Assembly (NCBI GenBank): GCA_030704615.1
Contig: CM060731.1
Span: forward strand, 92,504,001-92,568,000
DNA: 64,000 nucleotides
Direction of reading: 5' to 3'
DNA from: Takakia lepidozioides
Taxonomy: Eukaryota; Plantae; Bryophyta
Of this stretch, positions 13,675 to 24,367 are shown one piece after another (positions within the stretch are counted from its first letter, which is position 1; every line of letters starts with the position of its first letter). The notes beneath the pieces are model-generated. The model searched no databases and was not told the DNA's origin. It saw nothing but the letters and a program-made list of their open reading frames with translations. The translations under genes were made by a program, and so were the position numbers.

Positions 13675-14354
13675 GTGACACCCCTTCAAAAGCTCCTTCA
13701 TAGAAAAGTCAAACTAATTGTTCTAGACCTGAACGGGATCCTGTGCCACTCTATTCCTAACTTTCAGCCCAACCCGAGGCGTCATTGGCCATGGGTGTTG
13801 ACCACCAACAAGTATGTTTTCCCAAGGCCCCAGGTCTGCGAGTTTTTAAACCTTCTCTTCCGGTATTTCTACGTTGGGATATGGTCCTGTGCTTCCAAGG
13901 GGAATGTTGCAGACATCTTCAAAGTGGTCATGCAGGGGGTCAAGGTTCTCCCCTCTTTGTGTGGTCACAAGAGGAGTGTGACCCCTTGACAGAGCCACAC
14001 CCCACAAAAGGGCCTGCCGTACAGAACTTACAGAAGAGACTGTCGAGGGTGTGGTCGGAATTTTCTGGATTTAACGAATCCAACACCCTCCTAGTGGATG
14101 ATTCACCACACAAGGGGAGGGGGAACTCCCCTTTGAACATGGTCCATCCATTGTCGTTTGATGTCACTGGCAATGTCAGTGAGGGGCCCGATTCAGACTA
14201 CCTTTTAGAAACAGTCTGGCCCTACTGCCAAGATTTGTTTTGCTCCAAGGATGTGCGTGTCTTCACAAGCACGCGGAAGCTGACCCCGACTGGCAGCTTG
14301 AATGTGGGAGAGGATGGGGTCGTTGGGGAAGTACTTCTGCGCCCATGCAGGTGA
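13675..14354 (+). pseudogene. FCP1/NIF (HAD-superfamily CTD-phosphatase-like) domain inside the CACTA, one frameshift
   Basis: KLIVLDLNGIL, PRPQVCEFL, YVGIWSCAS, WSQEEC, NTLLVDDSPHK; DLNG replaces the catalytic DxDxT. Confidence 0.85.
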
Positions 14355-16639
14355 AACTAACCTTACTGTTTGCAACATGACATCGAAGCCAAAGTCCATG
14401 TTTTGTTTTGTTCCCCCCGGATGCCCTCTCACGCAAGGCTGGCACTATATGTTTTGCAGGGACCACATGTACAGGGAGTGGCAGTGGGGTCGAATGTGAA
14501 GAAGGTGGGTCCTGCGCCTACGACCATAGTGCTACGGCGGCAGCATTCCGGATTCCCCCCCCCGGCATGAGGAGGCAGCGCCCAAGGTATGGTTGTTCCC
14601 AGCCCCTCTCCGCAAACTTACTTGGTTGGTTTCCTTTATGGATACACTTCCTGAAGCGTTGCAATGTGTATTCATTGCAGGTGAGCAAGAGGAGTGGGCT
14701 GTCCCCGGCACCATCATCGCAGCAGGACGTGGTTCCCCAGGCATGCATTCATGGCTCCTTGCTTTGCCTGGCTGGTTTTTAGTAGGGTTATTTTTGCCAG
14801 GAAGTTGTAGTGCTAGGGTCTGAGCAGGGTGTTTGTTAGCTTGCTCCGTGGAGGTGTGTTTATACCATTGCAACCACCAGAGTTCATGTTATTCTTATCC
14901 GTCTGACTAAACCTCTTTTTGCTGCTGCAGTTGAAGACACGTGGGCAGCTTTCCTCAGTTGCCACCCTCAGCGACGAGCTTCGCTTCAAGGTACGTTGGT
15001 ACACCGTGAATTGGCTGCTGATTCAGTATTGTGGCAACCAAGATCGTTTCCATGCCCAGCTGCGCTTGACTTTCACCCTGTCATTGCTATGTTTGTTGCT
15101 GAGTGGACCCTGATGTTGGTGTCTGCAGATATCAGATCCTGTTTCTCCTGAACCCCGACCACGCCGCCGCGGCGGTGTTTTGGCAAGGACATTCGATCCG
15201 GGTGGTACAAGGTGAAAGTCCACGAGATCATGCTTCCAAGTGTTACATTGCCTTGCCCAAATGTGGACGATGCCCCCCCCCCAGACCACACTAGCGCACG
15301 TGAAAGGCACGGTGACTCTGTGGCCAGAGAAGAGTATGAGGAAAGGTGAAAGTATCAAGTGACATTTCATGTTTGTAGTCCCTGTTGGGTGTGTAATGAT
15401 ACTCATAGAAGTGTGTATGATACTCACGTTACCAGTTTTGAACATTTGGGCCATGACAGTTTAAGTGATGTCCGGCAACCATGTATGTTGGCATTTAGTC
15501 TTGCTCATATGCAGGTGTGCCGTGACGGTCTCTAATTTGAATGTAATATCACATTTCCATGATTGTCGTCGTGTCCGTCCACCTTCTATGTGTATGTGTG
15601 ATGGTCTTTGGTCTCCCTGTTGCCTCGTCTATTTGGTTCATTAGCGTGATGTTGTGCATGCATCGTGGTCTGTGTTCTCAGTCTCGCCCAGTATCATTGC
15701 TTCTCAATTCCCCCTGCATATGGGTGAACCACTAAAACCAGTAGAATGCATCAGAACCATATTTTCAGCTTAGAATGCAGGTCAGTTGGAAACTCACACA
15801 AACCACTACAAGTGCTCATTTTTCGTGCTTTCCTACTGTAGTGCAACCAACTAGCATAGTGGCAGCGGAGTTGGCCAAAGCAGTCCCGAGATGGCACAGG
15901 CACTCTGCGTCTTTCCACTAGCAGTCGTACCCGTCACTGCCATTGCGTGGGGACGACGCCACGCGTCGACCCACACACTCTCCACGTGGTCCCCGTGGAT
16001 TCGTCTGTCGGAAGTTGTGCAGTTGACTTCGCAGTGGCTGTTGCGACGTCACATGCAGCACTCCAAGTGATGTGGCCGACTGCGATGTGGCGTCTTGGGC
16101 CGTGGCCACGCGGCAGCATTGTCGCTCGTCGCGGCGCCGCCACGGCGTCCACGTCCGCATCCACGTCCGCGTCCATGTGTCACCGCGCCCCGGGTGAGTC
16201 AGTCCACTCATCCGGAGGGAAAAGTCAAAGTCAGCCCAAAAGGTCAGACACACGGGCGGCCCGCCTGGTTACGCCACGTGGTTCTTCAGCATTAATTGCA
16301 TTAATCGCTGAGCAGTTGTTCGCGCGTCTGCGTCCTTTACCACTCCAATCATTGGATGTCCAACCCAACTACCACGTCTGTTGTAACTAGTCTGTTGTAA
16401 CTTCCAGTCGATCCCAGTTTTTTGACTTTTACGACTCAAAATGAGTCGTTACCCCAGTGGTAAATGACACGAATGCTTCTAGTGCTACAGTAAGAACAAA
16501 TCCACTTCAAGAATGTCAATACCAGTAAATAAGAGAGCGAAGAGAGGTGCCTCACGAAATCAGGAGGCAACTTACAATGCGACCACTCATTCGTAAACCG
16601 GGGGCTCCTCGGCCTCGATCCCAACTTGTACCTCCCCCT

Positions 16640-17512
16640 ACTCCTTCTCGGATTCTTTCTCATCCTCCGAGGATGCCTCTTCCTCTTTTGGCAGACATTC
16701 AGCCGCTGTTGGTTCCGAGTTGTGGAGGGCAGTATCTGGCTCGAAGGCGAAGACATGCCTGTCGGACAATGTCCCAGCCCACATTGAAGCACCTGAGGGA
16801 CAAAACGGGCGGTTAGTAGCATGCGGCATGCAATTGTAATCGGGCCAGGGGACATACTGTGCATGTGAAGGCTTACCCGTGCCACATGTGAGGTCAAGAA
16901 TCCGCCCTTGGACATCGGAGCACGTCTCCATGAGGGTTTGGATGAAAGCAGGGCTCCGGGTCTGGCTGTACCGCCACGGTTTGCCTATCTTTGTGTCCTT
17001 CGGCATACTGGAGTGGGGCACATAGTTGTAGAGGACATCATAGATAAGAGGGTCCACAACGGCATCAACAAGACGACCGTCGTTGCGGAATTTGAACGTA
17101 GACCCTCTCTTCACACAACAATATGCCTCAAACACCAATGTCTGCACATCCAACAAAAGAAGGATTAACTCCAAGTTCTAGTTTAGATACACCACGATAT
17201 GAAGTGAAGGCAATAGATTGATAACTTACACTCTGGCCCTCTGTTCGCAACCCCTGCGTATTGATGCAGAACCATTTTTTGAGGAGGACCCGGGTGGCAC
17301 TTTTCGGTGTCCACATTGCCACAACATTCTCTGTTGTCTTCCCTCTTGTGGCAAGGAATACATCCACCGTCATCTAGGAGCATCCCCGCCAGCCCAAACC
17401 TGGCTCTCCAGTGGTCCTCAGTAAACTTGTTCCAGGTGGGCACACCATCCAGGCCCTCTAGCAGCTCCCCATCTGGAATATTGAGGAGAATCATATCGCA
17501 GGCTCTCTCCAC
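16640..17512 (-). pseudogene. Beta-class N6-adenine/N4-cytosine DNA methyltransferase-like domain (C-terminal part of the MULE cargo gene), 2 introns
   Basis: Order of motifs: IV-like DMILLNIPDG, VI-like LLDDGGC, VIII-like FEAYCCVK, then X/I/II-like RSPAFIQTLMETCSDVQGRILDLTCGTG|ASMWAGTLSDRHVFAFEPD. GT-AG introns at 17229-17142 and 16876-16793 restore the frame. Confidence 0.75.
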
Positions 17513-17513
17513 C

Positions 17514-20500
17514 TCACCCCCCCCCCCCCCCCACCCCCCGAGTGCTCTTACAATCCGTGCTCACAGCCGTGAAGAATTCCATCATGGCTTCCAAACCAGG
17601 GGTGTCTTTAGGCTCTGTAGCGGCAACCCTCTTCTTCGCTTTCCCCTTCAGCTCCTCCAGAGACTTGCTATGTGCCACCTTCTTCGCCCTGGCAACCAGA
17701 GCGTCAAGGAAGCTCTCATTGACGCATTGGATGATTGTTGGGGGTTCTAACTTTGGCCTGTGGGGAAATGTCACCGCCGAATACTGCCGTGTAGGCTCGG
17801 CCTCAAATGCCAACTTCATGGCAGAGCCAGTCCCAATCCGGACTGACTTGGGAACCCGGACTACCGGTGACTTGGTAGCAGCAGCAGCAGGGGCAAGACC
17901 TTGCACAAAGTCGCCGTCCGAGTCACTCCCTTCGGGCCCCTCCTGCGCCTCCTCTCGCGCCCCGCTGGTTTTCTGTTTTTTTTGGGGTTACTGCAGTCCC
18001 CTGTTTCCGTGTCCTTTTCTTCAACCCTTTTTTCTTCTCATTCAATTTATCCTGAATACCTTCCTGAGCAAGCTCTGCCGCTTTCCTGGACCTGGCAAGC
18101 GCTTTCGCCTCCTTTGGACCCAGTGGAGGCAGCGGAGCCCAGTTTCGGTGGGCCTCAACATCCATCTTCAATTGAAACTCGGAGGTGTCGAGCCCTCCAG
18201 GCGGAAGGTCCACATACCAAGGGCAGTCATGCAAATGCTCCAGATGCCACTCCTTCACCATAACGTCAGTGTACATGGAGTCAGCACCCAAGGGTTCCTC
18301 CTTGCGAGGAAGAATGGCAGCTCGAAGGACAGATGACCTTTCTCCAACAGGGAGAACTTGCAGTACCTGCATTCAAGAAACCCACAGAGAATCAGGTCCC
18401 GGGAAAGAGGTTAATGTTTCGGCAAGAAACTGTAAAAATGGCACTGAATTTCCATGCGGGGGGGGGGGGGGGGGGGGGGGGGCGCTGCTCCCTGCTCCCA
18501 GGAGTGCCGGGCAATGAAAGTGGTAATTTGGTGCCATTTTTCCCGTGGGCGAGGCAGCCCCTTCTGGGACTTGGCCGTTTTGGGGCCCAATGACGCCGAT
18601 TTTCCACTTTCGGGCTTCAGAAATGGCTAAGTTCCTGAGGTGGCTGGCACCGAAACTGGAAATTCGACACCATTTTTCCAGGTTGGGGCCCAGCCCCTTC
18701 TGGGACTTAGCCACTTTCGGACCCAACCTGGAAAAATGGCGCCGAATTTCCAGTTCCGGGCCCCGGAAATGGCTAAGTCCCTGGGGTGGCTGGCACCGAT
18801 ACTGGAAATTCGGCGCCATTTTTCGAGTTGGGGGCCAGCTCCATCTGGGACTTAGCTATTCTTGCGCCCAACTTGGAAAAATGGCGTCGAATTTATAGTT
18901 CCGGGGCCAAGTAATGGCTAAGTCCCCGGGGTGGATGGCACCTAAACTGCAAATTCGGCGCCATTTTTCCCGTATCATGGCCAGCCCCTCATTGGACTTA
19001 GCCATTTAGGGCCCCAAGCTGGGAAAATGGCGCCGAATTTCCAGATTCGGGGGCTTCCAAATGGCTAGTCCCTGGGGTGGCTTCCACCGAGACTGGAAAT
19101 TCGGTGCCATTTTCCTTGTCTCGGGGGCAGGCACCCCAGGGACTTCGCCATTTCTTCATTACCTATTGTCATGCCCCACATAAGGCGTTTTACATCCACG
19201 AACTCTAGGGACTACAATGGCCACGGATCAAAGAGGAGCACCGCATATTTACCTGTACAGAAGGCGCATTGCCGCTTTGTCCGCGTTCGGCTGGTCGGTG
19301 AACTCGTGGCTCCTCCGGGCATGCGGTATCTCTCGAAAGAACAGGTCCGTTTTGTATAGCAGAAAGTACCTCGTCACATAGTCGCGGAGGCTCTCTGCTT
19401 CTCCTGCAATCTCCAGCTTGAACTGATGTGCTTGGGTGTCAAGCTGCTCTTGCGCATTCATTGTCACCTGCGGAGATTCTCCATCAGACAACATTCCTCA
19501 AGAAATACAGGAAATCCAACCGATACAAGTGTAGAAGCGCCAAATGAAGCGTGGGGAAGTACCTGAAACCACCATGTCATGCGGTTCATCCACATGTCGA
19601 CTGTGGGGTCGGACAATTTGTCGGGTTTTGGGAAGCTCCACATGTCCCGTGTACTCTGGGACCCATTCTAGATTTGGAGCCACCGGGTCTGTCCAACCAG
19701 TGTGCATATTAGTAAGCGCAAGACACCACGAAAACGAATTGTTGCCACAAGAGAATTTGGTTAAGAATGTATAACCTTCTCTGTTGCATCCACACAGGCT
19801 GTGGCTAGACGATGCAGCTTCTCCAGTGTCATCGTGGGCTTAAGAGCGCGGGAGTAGTGCTTCCCCACCTCCACCAGAAAGTCGGCACCAAGGGCACGAT
19901 CAGCAATGGCCACGTACTTCACCATCCGCGACTTGTACTTGACACGAGCCTTCGCCTCCACAGCTTTGAGATACGATTCTAGTGCCGGGAGGGTTAGTTT
20001 CTTCTCCTCTGACTCCATGTAGAACCTCCTCGCATGTACCAAATCCTGCTCAATTTTTGTTTGTCAACAATGCGCACATAAGATTAGAAATCCTGGTCCA
20101 CATTTTTTCTTCGATTGGGGGAGCAAAGACTGATTACTTCAACAAAAGAAGAGAGCAATGTACCCGAAATATGTAGTCCACCATGGCGTCCATGCTCAGC
20201 CTATACCAGGTTCTGTCTGCCTTTGCCTCCGACTTGCGCAGTAGGTCGGCACTGAGCGAATTGGCAAACTCTTGCACCCCCTGCTTCCCGACATCCTTCA
20301 CTTGGAAGAGCATGTGGGACAAGTTGGTGGCAATGAAGGCATTCTCAGTCACCTTGCAATGCCACATTTCCATTAAATGATACTGAAATGAGAATTTGCA
20401 ACAAATATGACGATTGGCAATGAAATGAGTGTTTCAAATTCAAAGTTCCAGAGCAAGAGGCATTGTAACTTACGAGTTGATATCTGCCATAGCAGCTTTG

Positions 20501-22550
20501 AGAAGACTGCGATCCTTTGGCCCCGCAACCTTCAACACAACACACTCCACGGCGTAATGCCAATCCAGGTCGTTGGGGTGGGGTTGGGCTATGTGTTCCA
20601 TCCATGCCAGGAGGCAATGGTTGCCACCCACACGTAAAACATCTTCCTGGACAAGTGGTGGAAAAGAGGATCAGTAGCAATCAATCTCTCGAACTCCTCA
20701 TTTCACCTTTGTCAATGGGGACCCCATTTGTCCACTTCCTCGGAAGTGTGGGCACGAGAAGCTCCGTGGTCGTTCTCAATCGAGACATAAAACGTGGCAG
20801 ACCCCATTCGATATCCGTCCCGGAAAGAGAATTTCAGCTTGTTGATATCGCATGGGAGGGCAGGTTTGACCACTTGCAATGATACCAAGCGGCAGAGAGG
20901 AATCCGCAGCTTTGCCGGGTAGGCCATGCCTCCCAGGACCCTGCCAATGTTGCTATGGGTTGCCTCCAACAGCTTGGCAGCGGCGAACTTCATATCGGCC
21001 TCCGACATGACGTCTGCTGCAGGGGGTTTCTCCGGCAGCTCACCAGGACCACCAAATCCAGCTTGTATGCTCCAGGTTTGGAGCTTGGGGATCTCCGGGA
21101 GGATGTCATCCTGGTCAGAAAGGTCCCTCTCGTCGTCCTCAACTTCCTCATTCACCGCCGGAAGTTCCTCGTGCCCTCTCCCCGTGTCTACTGCGTCTTC
21201 ACCTCCACCTGCCACATTCCGTGGTGTGTGTGGTGTTTTATCCCCTCCCTCAGTCTCCACCGTATGGGCAATTGCGGGGGCTGCTCCCACCCGCGATGGT
21301 GTAACCGGCAAGGATGCAACCGGTGTCTTAGTGCCTCTTTCTGCTGTCTTAGAGGGATCCACCGTTTAGTGCCTCCCTCGCTTACATGGGCATCTGCCAT
21401 TTCCAGTTCCCTGGCCTCTTCAGTGGCCTTCTCTCTTGCCTCATGGCTGGCCTTCTCCCTCGCCTGTTCTTTTTCCCTCTCACGGGCCTTCTGTTTCTTA
21501 CTAGGCGTAGCGGGAGGGGAGGCCTCCAGGACGACCACCTTTGATTCGGGGAACTCACACTCTCACGCGCCTTGGTGGGTGTTCTATTCAGACCCCCCTC
21601 CACAGCCTGTGATGGCTCTCTCGCCGGGGATTGCATGTGCTTGGCTTTCTTCTTCTTCTTTGCGTGGGCGGGCCCTCCAGCATGTGCATCAGCTTCCTGG
21701 ATTGGCGGATCTACTGTCCTCATGCGACGCCCTGCACCGGCATGCCGGCTGCACCAACCTCCCGAATGCCTATTCAGGCGTACTCCCGCTCCAGGGCCTC
21801 CCGTCCACCAACAAAAGGAGCTAGTTCCTGTGTGCCCTCCTACCCCCGCTTTGGCGACCCGAAAATGCGAAGCACGTGGTCCGCAAACTTCTGCCAATGA
21901 CTGGAGGACTGCGGTCGATGAGTGGCCGCTTTTGGAGTGAGTGCTCGAGGAGTTGGAGCTGTCGACGATACCACCACCGTGTCGAGCTCGTCTTCACTCT
22001 GTCATCCCCAACAAGAGCGCCACAATCGCCAACAAACGAGCCATAGTCATGAGAGGCAGAGTAGGGAGTGGTATGGAACAACCATGAAAGCAAAACCAAG
22101 TAAAGGCTTAAAAACACATGAAGAAGCATATGCAGAAGGATGCCAAAACAAACAAAACAAAGCCAATCAGACGACCGCACATGCTACATAGAGAGGAGGA
22201 AGCAGGGGCTCGCCTGAGAGTGCTCGGCTTCAGTTGGCGCGGGCTGTGAGCAAGACAAGGGGATCTCCTGCTGGAGCTTCAGTTTGGCCATGCAAGACGT
22301 TGGACGCATCCCGTAGTACAAAGGTTTGAGTTTGCGCCGCGATCTGGAAGTGGGGTTTCTCTCAGGAGAGCCGGGACCTACTCCATGCGGCATAAGTCCG
22401 AGTAACAGAAAAATCTCCCGCAAAATGCGTGCGTACAGGCCTCGAGTGGAACTTCATCCACCCGTACGTCAGGGTTCCATGTGTATCCGAGAAGGCAGCG
22501 TGGAATCCGTGCGGAACGTCCTGTTCAAAACCAACAGCTGCGGACAATGA
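17514..22550 (-). pseudogene. N-terminal and central exons of the MULE cargo gene, including a ParB/Srx-like domain
   Basis: ORF pieces 21188-21538, 20712-21362 (KLRIPLCRL...GY...FYVS), 20134-20373, 19761-20042, 19249-19494, 17923-18372 and 17514-17906. At ~20600-20645 a 1-nt repair gives KMFYVW(D)GNH(C)LLAWM, matching the ParB DGNHR motif. Confidence 0.65.
18430..19155. repeat. Intronic array of AAATGGCGCCGAATTTCC / GGCTAAGTCCC motifs in alternating orientation
   Basis: About 10 copies of GGAAATTCGGCGCCATTTT or its reverse complement between cargo-gene exons. Confidence 0.85.
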
Positions 22551-22649
22551 ATGCTGGCCGGCGCCCTTCAATGTCATAGGTATGGAGCTCGCCCCCCGCC
22601 ACCACCTGTCCCACCTTCCACCCGAGACTTCATCGACAGCCCACTGGCT

Positions 22650-23412
22650 TGAAAAACGGCGCCGAATTTCCATCCAACGGATGAAGTCGGAGCACCAACT
22701 GGCACTCCCTCCCCCCGAGATGTCCTCATCCAGAATCCCCTGGAGGGAAAAATGGCGCCGAATTTCCATCCGGCGGATGAAGTAGGAGGGCCACGTGGAG
22801 CTCGCTCCGCCCCTGACGGCATCACCCACAAGCCCCTGGATGGAAAACGGCGCCAAATTTCCATCCAGCGGATGAAGTAGGAGCACCACCTGGCCCTCGC
22901 TCCGCCCGAGACGACATCATCCACAAGGCCTTGGATGGAAAAACGGCGCCGAATTTCCATCCATCGGATGAAGTAGGAGCGCCACCTGGCCCTCGCTCCG
23001 CCTGAGACAGCATCATCCACAAGGCCCTGGATGGAAAAACGGCGCCGAATTTCCAACCAGTGGATGAAGACTGAGTGCCCAACTGGCACTCCCTCCCCCC
23101 GAGACGTCCTCATCCACAATCCCCTGGATGGAAAATCGGCACCAAATATCCATCCGGCGGATGAAGTAGGAGCGCCACATGGCCCTCCCTCTGACCGAGA
23201 CATAGTCATGCACAGGCGCGTTGATGGAAAACCGGCGCCGAATTTCCATCGGCAAGATGAAGTCGGAGCTCCCTCGGATAGAAAACCGGTGCCGAATTTC
23301 CATCCGCAAGATAACTCAGAGCGCGCTAGGATGGAAAACCGGCGCCGAATTTCCATCGGCAGGATAAGTCGGAGCGCCCTCGAATGGAAAAACAACGCCG
23401 AATTTCCATCCA
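22650..23412. repeat. Tandem array (~97-bp units, then ~54-bp units) with core GGATGGAAAAACGGCGCCGAATTTCCATCC
   Basis: About 10 copies of the core; opposite orientation to the array at 23545-24070. Confidence 0.9.
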
Positions 23413-23544
23413 GTGGATGACATTTGTAGGGACAACGTCCACAAAAAGTGGTCCGGAGGGAGAAAATTGTATGTTCAGGGTCGGATTATACAAAAAAACT
23501 CGGAAAAAGTGAAGTAACGACTGAAAATGGTTCAAGACGACGTC

Positions 23545-24070
23545 ATCCGAGCACCCTCGGATGGAAATTCGGCGCCATTTTTCCATCCGGGGGATGAACT
23601 CTGGCAGGCACGTGGAGCCCTCCCCCTCCAAGACAACTTCATCCGAGCGCCCTCGGATGGAAATTCGGCGCCATTTTTCCATCCGGGGGATGAACTCTGG
23701 CAGGCATGTGGAGCCCTCACCCTCCGATTCGACTTCATCCAAGCGCCCTCGGATGGAAATTCGGCGCCATTTTTCCATCCGGGGGATGAACTATTGTAGG
23801 CACGTGGAGCCCTCCCCCACGAAGACGACTTCGTCCGAGCGCCCTCGGATGGAAATTCGGCGCCATTTTTCCATCCGGGGGATGAACTCTGGCAGGCACG
23901 TGGAGCCCTCCCCCTTCGAGACGACTTCGTCCGAGCGCCCTCGGATGGAAATTCGGCGCCATTTTTCCATCCGGGGGATGAACTGTGGCATCCAGGTGGA
24001 GCCCTCTCCCCCCAACACGACTCCATGTAAGCCCACACGGATGGAAATTCGGCGCCGTTTTTCCATCCTG
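23545..24070. repeat. Tandem array of 96-bp units with core GGATGGAAATTCGGCGCCATTTTTCCATCC
   Basis: ATGGAAATTC begins at 23561, 23657, 23753, 23849, 23945 and 24041, an exact 96-bp period. Confidence 0.95.
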
Positions 24071-24367
24071 GGATGGACTTGGATGAACATATTGGCGCCA
24101 TCTCCTACCCTGGAGGTCTTTCGCGGGATGAGCGGTTGTATGGAGCCGACCACGAAGTAAATGCTGCGCCTCATTCCCGGGTACGGGCATATTAAATGCT
24201 GGCTTTTTTCTTGCCAGTTGTCCAAATTCCCTCGTCACCCACTGCGTTTAAAACCGAGACAACAACGCCAGTTCCTCGCTTCGAGCTCCTCTCACTTCCT
24301 CTCCTCCCACACTCCCACTTCCCTGCGCACCCTCTCTGCTTCCTGGCAGCCCTTTCAATACTCAGCG

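Larger units (their letters stand above)
2533..16484. mobile_element. CACTA (En/Spm) transposon, both ends intact, 13,952 bp
   Basis: TIRs CACTAGGAGCATTCGTGTC and CACTAGAAGCATTCGTGTC (reverse complement of 16466-16484); 3-bp TSD CTA (2530-2532/16485-16487); TnpD and TnpA-like ORFs inside. Confidence 0.95.

Noticed and set aside
16640-21000. Bacterial or phage contamination as the source of the ParB-MTase
   Set aside because: The gene has GT-AG introns, lies within plant TE termini and has a diverged spliced homolog in the same window.
23545-24070. CRISPR-like look (palindromic 30-bp repeat at regular spacing) and repetitive MEIRRHFSIRG ORFs
   Set aside because: The spacers are near-identical to each other, there are no cas genes and the context is eukaryotic. 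The ORFs arise because 96 is divisible by 3.
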